NCBI GenBank assembly: GCA_039818205.1
Contig: JBCBUK010000011.1
Location: forward strand, 86,013-150,012
Origin: Verrucomicrobiota bacterium
GTDB taxonomy: Bacteria > Verrucomicrobiota > Verrucomicrobiia > Opitutales > Cerasicoccaceae
DNA: 64,000 nt
Direction: 5' to 3'
Position 1 is the first letter of the stretch. Every line of letters begins with the position of its first letter. Positions 1 to 7,877 of the stretch are shown here, one piece after another. The translations under genes were made by a program, and so were the position numbers. The notes beneath the pieces are model-generated. The model was not told the DNA's origin. It ran no database searches and worked only from the letters and a program-made list of their open reading frames with translations.

Positions 1-1434
1 GTTTCCATCGAGAAGATTGAAGACCGGGTGACCGTGGTCATGGTTGATCCTGATGATGCCAAAAAGCGTGACTTTTTGGAGCAGGCATTGAAACCGCTCA
101 AGCCTGAGTTTGCCGCGACAAATGCCGACGATATGGCTCGCTTTATTGACCGCATGTCCGCTCATTGCGGATATCGGTCCAAGCCGCCCGCTGCGGTTGA
201 GTTGGATTTTCGGGGGCCGGACGGTCAGTCCGTTGAGGTCTCGCAAAACGAGGCTGCCAAGGTGCTGCGCAATGCATTGCGTGAAGCCATCACGCTCAAG
301 GCCAGTGACGTACACTTTGAGCCCAAGCGGGTGGGTATGGATGTCCGTGCGCGGATCGACGGCAAACTCCTTGCCTTGCATGGCGATGTGCCGAGCGCGA
401 TTGTCCGCCAAGTCATATCGATGATCAAGGTGCTGGGAAACTTGGACATCGCTGAGCGACGATTACCCCAGGATGGCAACTTTGTGATCAAGGTGGATGA
501 CCTGGAGATCGATGCCCGACTATCGATCATGCCGAGTCAGCATGGTGAGAAGGCTGTGATGCGTCTGCTGGATCCGCGAGCACAGCTGCACTACCTCAAC
601 CAGCTCATTTCCAGCGATCCGGTTTTAGCATTAGCGAAGGAACTCTTTACGCGTTCCGCCGGATTGACCCTGGTCACGGGGCCAACGGGGTCGGGTAAGA
701 CGACCACGCTCTATGCCGGGTTGCGCAGCATTTGGGAAGATAATCGTTTGCTGAACATCGTTAGTGCGGAGGATCCGATCGACCAGCGGTTGGACTTCGC
801 CACGCAAACACAGATTCAAAACCTGGTGGGTCTGGACTTTCCGACCGTGTTGCGCGGGCTATTGCGGCAGGACCCAGACGTCATCTTGATTGGTGAGATT
901 CGCGATAGTCAATCAGCCTCAATTGCCTTGGAGGCGGCCATCACTGGACACAATGTTTTATCGTCGCTGCATACGAAACACGCGACTGATTCTGTTGCTC
1001 GCCTGCGCAAGTTGGGTGCCGAGCCTTACCTGATTGCCGCGGCGCTGAATGGCGTGATTAGTCAGCGACTTTTGCCACGCTTGAACCCCAATGCTTGTGA
1101 AAGTGTTCCGGCAGACGATCCTGAGATAGCCCGTCTGGTGGGTATCGATATTTTGGCGGAAACCACAGATGCGCTGCGCCGCGGAGTCCAGCGAACGCCA
1201 GATCAGAAGCCGGAAATTGGCCGCGTTGGCCTCTATGAGATCATGGCGGTCACGGCGGCGGTACGGGATGCGATTGAAGGCACCGCCACCAGTCAACAGC
1301 TCGAAGCACAGCTGACGCCGCAAAACTTTATCAGCATGAAACGTTATGCACGCTTCCTATTGCTCGAGCAAGTGGTCTCGCCGGATGCGGTGCTAACCGT
1401 CTTTCCGGAAAGTCCGGAAATCGCCGAATTTTAG
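1..1434 (+). CDS. GspE/PulE/PilB family secretion or pilus ATPase (5'-truncated by the window edge)
   Basis: Frame open from base 1; ASDVHFEP, LDIAERRLPQDG, Walker A GPTGSGKT, LRQDPDVILIGEIRD, His-box TGH..LSSLHT. Confidence 0.9.
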   Translation, partial: VSIEKIEDRVTVVMVDPDDAKKRDFLEQALKPLKPEFAATNADDMARFIDRMSAHCGYRSKPPAAVELDFRGPDGQSVEVSQNEAAKVLRNALREAITLKASDVHFEPKRVGMDVRARIDGKLLALHGDVPSAIVRQVISMIKVLGNLDIAERRLPQDGNFVIKVDDLEIDARLSIMPSQHGEKAVMRLLDPRAQLHYLNQLISSDPVLALAKELFTRSAGLTLVTGPTGSGKTTTLYAGLRSIWEDNRLLNIVSAEDPIDQRLDFATQTQIQNLVGLDFPTVLRGLLRQDPDVILIGEIRDSQSASIALEAAITGHNVLSSLHTKHATDSVARLRKLGAEPYLIAAALNGVISQRLLPRLNPNACESVPADDPEIARLVGIDILAETTDALRRGVQRTPDQKPEIGRVGLYEIMAVTAAVRDAIEGTATSQQLEAQLTPQNFISMKRYARFLLLEQVVSPDAVLTVFPESPEIAEF

Positions 1435-1497
1435 GCAACGGGTCGTTGCATTCATTGTTGCGTCAGCAGCGCACGGTCTAGTGAAGCAGCGCTCTGG

Positions 1498-2493
1498 CTA
1501 GAAATCGTTTTGGAGGATGATTTTTCCGGTGGCTTGTCCGGACTCCAGGTAGGCGTGGGCCGCACCGACCTCACCGAAGCCGAATCGTCTTTCATCGCAG
1601 AGCAATTCCAGCTTCTCTTGATCGATCAGTTGGGCAAGGCGTTGCTGGACGGCGGCATGGTGCTCGATGCCATTGCCGGTCAAAACGGGGAGGGCGACGA
1701 ACACTGCAGCGAAGCTTGCGGCCTTCCCGTGTAAGGGAGTCAGATCGACTGTCGCTCGCGAAGCAATGCAGCTGATGTGCCCACCGGTTGCGAGCTGCGC
1801 AAAACTGTTTTCCAGGTTCGGTCCGCCCACGGTTTCAACGATCGCCTGGAAGCCTTGGCCGTCGGTAATCTCTTGAGCAGCGGCAAGCACATCCTGCTCT
1901 TTATAGTTGATGATGTAATTGGCGCCCAGGCCCTCGGCGAGCCCAGCCTTGGCGGAAGTCGAAGCGGTGGTGGTCACGATACCGCCTGCCATTGCGGCCA
2001 ACTGGACTGCAAGGTGCCCAACGCCGCCCGTGCCTCCCGTGACTAAAACATGATCCCCGGGTTGAATCGTGTTGCGGACGATCGTTGCTTCCCACGCGGT
2101 CAGGCCGACAATCGCCAGGCCGCCAGCGTCTTCAAGACTCAGCTGGGCGGGCTTCTTGGTCACCAGCCGGGCATCGACCACCATTAATTCTGCGAGGGCT
2201 CCCGGATGGCCTTTAAAGCCTCCCGCAAATCCAAAGACTTCGTCGCCGACCGCGAGCGCAGAAACGCCGGGTCCAACGGATTCGACCACGCCAGCGACAT
2301 CGCCATGCAGCACCGCCGGAAAATCAGGCGACACGGCAGGAACCGCCCCTGATCGAATTTTCGTGTCGATTGGATTCACGCTTGAGGCCCTCACTTGCAA
2401 GCGGACTTGGCCGGGACCCGCTTCGGGCGCAGCAACATCGTTTACGGCGAATACTTCCGGCCCGCCAAAGGAATTAATGGTAACAGCTTTCAT
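1498..2493 (-). CDS. NADPH:quinone reductase / zinc-independent MDR family oxidoreductase
   Basis: MKAVTINSFGGPEV, SVNPID, GGTGGVG Rossmann motif, C-terminal GKIIL. Confidence 0.88.
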   Translation of the reverse strand: MKAVTINSFGGPEVFAVNDVAAPEAGPGQVRLQVRASSVNPIDTKIRSGAVPAVSPDFPAVLHGDVAGVVESVGPGVSALAVGDEVFGFAGGFKGHPGALAELMVVDARLVTKKPAQLSLEDAGGLAIVGLTAWEATIVRNTIQPGDHVLVTGGTGGVGHLAVQLAAMAGGIVTTTASTSAKAGLAEGLGANYIINYKEQDVLAAAQEITDGQGFQAIVETVGGPNLENSFAQLATGGHISCIASRATVDLTPLHGKAASFAAVFVALPVLTGNGIEHHAAVQQRLAQLIDQEKLELLCDERRFGFGEVGAAHAYLESGQATGKIILQNDF

Positions 2494-2643
2494 CGTAGAG
2501 AAAATTTCGCCTTAGAATAGGATGGCGTTTGAGAAGCGCAACTGCTGAGGTATCGGAGGATGACGGCAATTCGTGTCATACTGCTTTTGGGCCTGCTGTG
2601 GAGGGAAGCTTGAATTATGACTAAAAAAGTCCTGAAACGGGGC

Positions 2644-2672
2644 TTGACGAATGCTAGGGGAGCGTTCATTTT
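2644..2672 (+). promoter_or_regulatory. Putative sigma70 promoter of rpmF
   Basis: TTGACG-N17-CATTTT about 45 nt upstream of the ATG; the -10 box is weak. Confidence 0.4.
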
Positions 2673-2718
2673 CCTCGGTTTCCTTAATTCAGGACCACCT
2701 TTTTAAACACCTTTCGTC

Positions 2719-2898
2719 ATGGCACAACCAAAACGCAAGCAATCTAAGCAACGCAGCCGCCTGCGCCGCGGCGCGAACCGTTTCAAGGCTCCCTTGCTCG
2801 CCAAGGACAGCACCGACGGCACAACTTTCCGTCCCCACCACGTGAATCCTTCGAACGGCATGTATCGCGGCCGTCAGGTGATCGACGTGGAGCTGTAA
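2719..2898 (+). CDS. rpmF: 50S ribosomal protein L32 (cysteine-free form), not in the ORF track
   Basis: Hand translation MAQPKRKQSKQRSRLRRGANRFKAPLLAKDSTDGTTFRPHHVNPSNGMYRGRQVIDVEL* (59 aa); followed by a terminator. Confidence 0.93.
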   Translation: MAQPKRKQSKQRSRLRRGANRFKAPLLAKDSTDGTTFRPHHVNPSNGMYRGRQVIDVEL

Positions 2899-2926
2899 GC
2901 ACTTGCTTATTATACATGTTTCCCCG

Positions 2927-2955
2927 AAACCCGGCCAGCAGTGGTCGGGTTTTTT
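2927..2955 (+). terminator. Rho-independent terminator after rpmF
   Basis: aacccggcca-gcag-tggtcgggtt followed by a T-tract. Confidence 0.8.
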
Positions 2956-3142
2956 GTGCCCCAATGCACCGTTTGACGCTTATGGGTGCTCGCAGTGCTT
3001 GATCGTCAGGTGAGTTCCGGTCGGGAACCGATGGATGCTGGCGGATGCCGGCATCACTGAAATGCCAGATTGGCTCCAGGCGTTCAGTGGCACATGAATG
3101 GACGAACCCCAGGTTCGAAGACTGGATCTTGCGGCACCTTGC

Positions 3143-3886
3143 TTAGCGGCGCTCGTTCCACTCTTTAGATTCGTAGTGGCTGATTTGGGATGAGAGCTGC
3201 GCGGGTGACCACTTAGGAAACGGCGCTGGGGCAGGGGATCCGCCAAGCCACTCGGCTAAGGCCGCAGTGAAGCTCTGTTCGAATTGATCCCAGTTGATGG
3301 CTCGAATTGGCGCTCGAGCGATGCTGCCTTGCATGAGCAGGCCGTCCTTGGAGCGGCGTTGCGCCGCACCCGCGAGCTTTTCGCCATCGAGGTCAATCAC
3401 ATCGCCAGGTTCAGCTCGTTGAAAGCAGCTGGCGGCGGTTGTTGGAGCCTCAGTGGCTTCATCGGTGTCGCACGGGCAGGGGGCGAGTTTGGAGTCGACG
3501 GATTGTGCCTTGAGGGCCCAGATCAGCAAATGGTGCACTTCTTGATAGGCCTCACTCGCTTTGGCTTTGGCCAGTGGGTGATCGGCGGGAATCACAAGGG
3601 AATAGGTCCAGTCGTCGCGATGGTCGACCACGCCGCCGCCGGTGCAGCGTCGAACCAACTCGAACCGTCCAGCAAAGTGGTCGTGGGCTTCGCGCCAGCT
3701 TGCGTGGACCGGGATGTGTTCCTCGGCTTCCGCCCAGCGTTGAGTCCGCCCGAAGGTAAATGACGGATTGGACCATTGGTAGTGGCGAAAGCGCGGTGTG
3801 CCTGGCTGCGGGTAGGCTTCGAGCAAGAGTTGATCGACGGCCATATTGGCGCCAGCTGACAGAGTCCGCGTAGGTAAGACGTGCAT
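3143..3886 (-). CDS. Lipoate-protein ligase family (LplA/LipM-like)
   Basis: NMAVDQLLL, VRRCTGGGVVDH, SCF, KLAGAAQRR, LLMQGSI; ATG at 3886 is the likely start. Confidence 0.85.
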   Translation of the reverse strand: MHVLPTRTLSAGANMAVDQLLLEAYPQPGTPRFRHYQWSNPSFTFGRTQRWAEAEEHIPVHASWREAHDHFAGRFELVRRCTGGGVVDHRDDWTYSLVIPADHPLAKAKASEAYQEVHHLLIWALKAQSVDSKLAPCPCDTDEATEAPTTAASCFQRAEPGDVIDLDGEKLAGAAQRRSKDGLLMQGSIARAPIRAINWDQFEQSFTAALAEWLGGSPAPAPFPKWSPAQLSSQISHYESKEWNERR

Positions 3887-3903
3887 CACAGTGTTCAAAG
3901 AAT

Positions 3904-3933
3904 AAAAAACCCGGCACTGGCAAGCACCGGGTT
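3904..3933 (-). terminator. Rho-independent terminator of the 233-aa gene
   Basis: Minus strand aacccggtgcttgccagtgccgggtttttt. Confidence 0.75.
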
Positions 3934-3955
3934 CGGAAAAATGATTTCGTCCAGC

Positions 3956-4657
3956 TTACTTGGAGAGCTCGTCGAGCGTTGGAAGGTCGTCGCCGAGTTG
4001 GATGTCCCACTCATCAACTGCTTCGTCGCCAGTCGGTGGGCCATTCTTGCTGGAGTTCTCGAGGATGTAACCGTTGAGCTCCCGATCGAGAATGTTTTCC
4101 GCCCAGTATCCGTTCTGCAACTCGTAGTCGTCTGGCTCATAGCCATACTTTTCCAAGGTTGCTAGGATGATGGAGGAGTCCGGTGTGCCACCATGGTCGG
4201 TGATGAGACCCTTTTCGCGGTGGATACGCACACTCTCGTGGACGATGAATGGAGGAAGCTTTTCCTGATAACTTGGGTGAACCTTGTGGCTCGCTGCCCA
4301 CTTGGCCCAGGCGTCACGGTCAATCGATCGCTGAGTCTGGGTGAGTGCTTCGTAATAGTAGACGCGGCGTTTGGACAGCTTTGTAACGAGTGCGATCAAC
4401 GACATGCCGTCTTGTTCGATCTCCAGCCAGTCCAGTGGACGAGGCTTTTCGATCGGGTCGCGGCTCTTGGAGATGTCTTCGGGAGCCTCGAGGAACTGGA
4501 CACCGAGAGCACGAGAGAATTTGACAGTCGTTTCCCCATCCTTCTGGAGTGTGACCTTGCCCTTATTCACCATGTCCTCGTGGAACTTACGGGCGTCCTC
4601 CGGTGATTCCGCCCATATGTAATTGGTAATGCGGGTAACAACCTTGAATTTTCTCAT
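3956..4657 (-). CDS. Hypothetical protein (233 aa)
   Basis: Long ORF with protein-like composition, AAGGA upstream and its own terminator; no family recognised. Confidence 0.7.
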   Translation of the reverse strand: MRKFKVVTRITNYIWAESPEDARKFHEDMVNKGKVTLQKDGETTVKFSRALGVQFLEAPEDISKSRDPIEKPRPLDWLEIEQDGMSLIALVTKLSKRRVYYYEALTQTQRSIDRDAWAKWAASHKVHPSYQEKLPPFIVHESVRIHREKGLITDHGGTPDSSIILATLEKYGYEPDDYELQNGYWAENILDRELNGYILENSSKNGPPTGDEAVDEWDIQLGDDLPTLDELSK

Positions 4658-5306
4658 AACCGTATCCTTTGATTGAACTTATAAAATCTAACGAACGAAT
4701 TCGGGGTGTAATTAAGTTTTTTTTAATATCCGTTGGAAACGCTAGAGTCCTGATTTTGTAATTTCAACCTCTTTTTGTTCACCATCGAAGGTACCGAGTG
4801 TTCCACCCTCTGTGAATTCGACAAAGTTTAAGATCGCCATCGCCACTCCACGTAAAGGATCGCGGCGAGATTTTGACAAAATTTTCCCGAAAATTAAAAT
4901 ATACATTTGTTTACTGACTGCCCGAAACGTCAATGCTGATCGGCTAGGCAGAATACCCGTGTTGATTTGGGATTGTCATTTTTGTTTTTCAGGGAGCGTA
5001 TGTGCACTGCGGTAGAGTGAGTTTTGCTGGCGTCCAGTTGGCTGATAAAAAATATGTGCTCCTGAATAAAATTTCATTTAGAAATTTCGAAGTTGATCGA
5101 TAAATCTCACCTCGAGAGACATTTCGACAGCCAAGATATTGTTTCCTGGAAGCCGTGACTTGACTTGCTCGCCAATGTCTCAATATGTCGTTGCTGCAAG
5201 AGGCGGTTACCCCGTCTTGATCAGCTAGTATTTTGAAGGTGAAAAGCTTGCATTCATCTACAGATAACCATTCTATTGCAGATCACCCGTTTAACTTCTC
5301 TTTTTT

Positions 5307-6197
5307 ATGCCACGTAAAATTTGTTTTCTGAATTATAAAGGCGGCGTCGGCAAAACTTCGCTTATCGTTAATACCGCGGCCTGTTTGGCCCATAAAGGTA
5401 AGCGCGTCTTATTGTTTGATTTTGATACTCAGTCTAACGCCAGCATCTGGTTGATGCGTCTCGATCGTTGGAATAAGTTGAATATTAATGGCTCTGGATC
5501 GGTTTACTCGATTTTTGATCCGGGCAAAGAGACGATTAAAGACAATGTTGTTAAAAACGTTGTCCAAAGCAAAACAGGTGAAAAAGTTCTCCCTGGTTTG
5601 GACATCGTTCCGACGACGTTCAATCTCGTTGACCTCGAGAATGAGTTTAAGGGCGACCCAACCAGTCCGCACTACCGCGTGGTGCATGACCAGTTGGAAG
5701 AAATCCAAGACGATTATGATTTTATCGTTTTTGACTGCCCGCCAAACATTCTGAACGCCTCGCAATGCGGCGTATTTACCAGCTCCGAAATTTATGTCCC
5801 GTCGAATCCGGACGCCCTCAGTTTGATCGGTTTTACACTCCTTGTTGAAAAATTACTCCTTTTTCACAAGCGTTCAGCGAGCTTCCGTAAATCGGGCATG
5901 GGTCCGCCTGCTGCGGTTCGCGGTATCATCTTTAACTCGATTAAAGCCAACGTAGATATTGAGGTGCCCAAGATGCGTATGCAGTTGCGTATGAATCAGT
6001 TCCGTAATCAACGCCGGGTTGCTCAGGATGCTAAGATTTTTGAATCAATGATTCGTGATGCCACGGTTGTTCGCCGGGCTGTTACCCTTGGTCTACCGGT
6101 AAGTCTAGTTGGTCAAGCCGCTCAAGAGGAAGACAGTGTGGTCAAGGACTATGCTCGCCTCGCTGCTGAGATTGACCGCCATGCGGTTTCTTGGTAG
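5307..6197 (+). CDS. ParA/MinD/Soj family ATPase (orphan, no adjacent parB)
   Basis: Deviant Walker A NYKGGVGKT, DFDTQSNAS, DFIVFDCPP. Confidence 0.9.
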   Translation: MPRKICFLNYKGGVGKTSLIVNTAACLAHKGKRVLLFDFDTQSNASIWLMRLDRWNKLNINGSGSVYSIFDPGKETIKDNVVKNVVQSKTGEKVLPGLDIVPTTFNLVDLENEFKGDPTSPHYRVVHDQLEEIQDDYDFIVFDCPPNILNASQCGVFTSSEIYVPSNPDALSLIGFTLLVEKLLLFHKRSASFRKSGMGPPAAVRGIIFNSIKANVDIEVPKMRMQLRMNQFRNQRRVAQDAKIFESMIRDATVVRRAVTLGLPVSLVGQAAQEEDSVVKDYARLAAEIDRHAVSW

Positions 6198-6253
6198 GGT
6201 TCGTAAAATTTGACTAATTCAATTTACGGAGGGACCCTAAGATTACACCTAAT

Positions 6254-7240
6254 ATGTCAGAGGAATCGCCAACGATACGTTATAACAGAGACGACTGGGA
6301 TGAAATCCGGTTGACCTTCGCTACCTCCTTGATGGTGGACACGAATCTGGTCAGCTTGTCACAGAATTTGGAAATTGAAGAGTGGCCGCTTCGCGGAGCT
6401 GGCGAAACACCTTCAAAATACATCGACTTCGCCTGGGAAGAGCTTCAAGAGCTGCCTGGTTTGGCGGATGACCCGCATCGGATTGATCTTCTGGTCCACA
6501 TCCTTCGTGAGACTCAGGCGTTTGATGACCCATTTGGGGACATGGTTGCAACGGTTGATGCACACGCCAGTGTCGATCGTACTCTTGAGAAGAATATCAA
6601 TCGTCTCAAGATTCCGCAGGATTTCCCAATGTCATTGAGCGGTTTGTCGGCAGACACGCTTACCTTCTGCCGCAACGAGGATATCAAGACCTTGAAGGAC
6701 TTTGGCCACTTCGCGCAAAACATGGCGCAGAATATCGTGATCGGTGGCGACTTCCGGGCTTTGCTCAATGCCCTCACCACGGAAGACCAACAGTCGCTGG
6801 CGAAATACATTCCGTTCCGCCCTGGTCATTTTGGTCTGCACCTTGCGGAGAGCATTGGTTTGTTGCTCAATCAATTGAGTGATGTTGAGAAATTTTCTCT
6901 CCTGAAGAAATACGGTTACTCGCTCGATACCGTTCAAGAAGCGAAGGCTCGCCTTGGCAAAGACCAGGTGCGCCAGCTCGAAGATATCTTGCAGGAGAAA
7001 GCCGGGGAAATTTGCCAATATTTCCCCGACCAATACCGCCAGTTGTCCCGCGATATCAAGTCCGGGAAGACGATGGAGCGGGTGTTCATGGTTGTTGATG
7101 ACCCCGAGCGTGAAACTATCTGTGCGAACATTGCAACTCGTTACCTGAAGGAGAACGTCGTTGATGATCGTGAAGAAGTCGCTGAATCCGCTGGTGCGAA
7201 AAAGGGCGGGTTCTTCTCGAGAATTTTTGGACGTAAGTAA
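6254..7240 (+). CDS. Hypothetical protein with alpha-CTD/HhH-like segments and a C-terminal amphipathic helix
   Basis: 328-aa ORF; LSGLSADTLTFCRNEDIKTLKDF resembles RNAP alpha-CTD; ends KKGGFFSRIFGRK. Confidence 0.7.
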   Translation: MSEESPTIRYNRDDWDEIRLTFATSLMVDTNLVSLSQNLEIEEWPLRGAGETPSKYIDFAWEELQELPGLADDPHRIDLLVHILRETQAFDDPFGDMVATVDAHASVDRTLEKNINRLKIPQDFPMSLSGLSADTLTFCRNEDIKTLKDFGHFAQNMAQNIVIGGDFRALLNALTTEDQQSLAKYIPFRPGHFGLHLAESIGLLLNQLSDVEKFSLLKKYGYSLDTVQEAKARLGKDQVRQLEDILQEKAGEICQYFPDQYRQLSRDIKSGKTMERVFMVVDDPERETICANIATRYLKENVVDDREEVAESAGAKKGGFFSRIFGRK

Positions 7241-7258
7241 TCGCCAAGTGGCGAAACA

Positions 7259-7852
7259 ATGGCATCTCCAATTCCACCAAAGAAGAAGCGGGCGATTAGT
7301 CTCCGCCCGAAGTTGCAAGAAGCGGCTGAAGCGTCATTGAAGTCGAAGGAAACCATCGACCTCATCATGCGGCGAACGAGGGCTCCTTTTCAGGACAATG
7401 AGCGTATGCCGAATGAAGAGATTGACGCGTTGGAGAAGAGTTTGCGCAAGCTCGAAAGCGATTTGCTGGAGCGCGAGCGCAAAGTCGCCGATTACGAAGC
7501 GAAGCTGACCGAGCGTGAACGCAATATCTGGGAAGGCGAGGCCCTGTTGAAGGTCAAAGAGGAGATGCTTGCGGCCAAGGTCAAAGACTTTGAACAATCC
7601 CGAGAAGATGCTCCTGATCAGCAGCAGGTATCACCGCAAGAGCGTGAGGCTCTTGATCACTTGCGTGAGACGCTTGAGGAACGTGAGGCTACCTTGCAGC
7701 GCTTAAAGGAAGAAATTAAAGAGCGCGAATCGTTCGTCGAAGAGTCGGAAAATGCACTCTTCGAGAAAATGATGGAGCAGCAGGAGAAGGAAACGGAGCT
7801 GGAGCAGCGAAGCGAAGAGCTGCGGGTGTTGCAAAATAAAGTAAGCGAGTAG
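7259..7852 (+). CDS. Coiled-coil protein with a basic N-terminal peptide
   Basis: E/K/R/L heptad-rich; N-terminus MASPIPPKKKRAISLRPKL. Confidence 0.75.
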   Translation: MASPIPPKKKRAISLRPKLQEAAEASLKSKETIDLIMRRTRAPFQDNERMPNEEIDALEKSLRKLESDLLERERKVADYEAKLTERERNIWEGEALLKVKEEMLAAKVKDFEQSREDAPDQQQVSPQEREALDHLRETLEEREATLQRLKEEIKERESFVEESENALFEKMMEQQEKETELEQRSEELRVLQNKVSE

Positions 7853-7877
7853 TTGAGCTCGTCTGTTTGGCTCCCCG

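Noticed and set aside
2918..2931. parS-like sequence tgtttccccgaaac
   Set aside because: Spacing and centre do not fit TGTTTCACGTGAAACA and it overlaps the rpmF terminator; I saw no convincing parS in the window
3100..3140. tRNA-like T-arm (ccagg-TTCGAAg-actgg)
   Set aside because: The stem has a mismatch, and no D-arm, anticodon arm or acceptor/CCA end can be built
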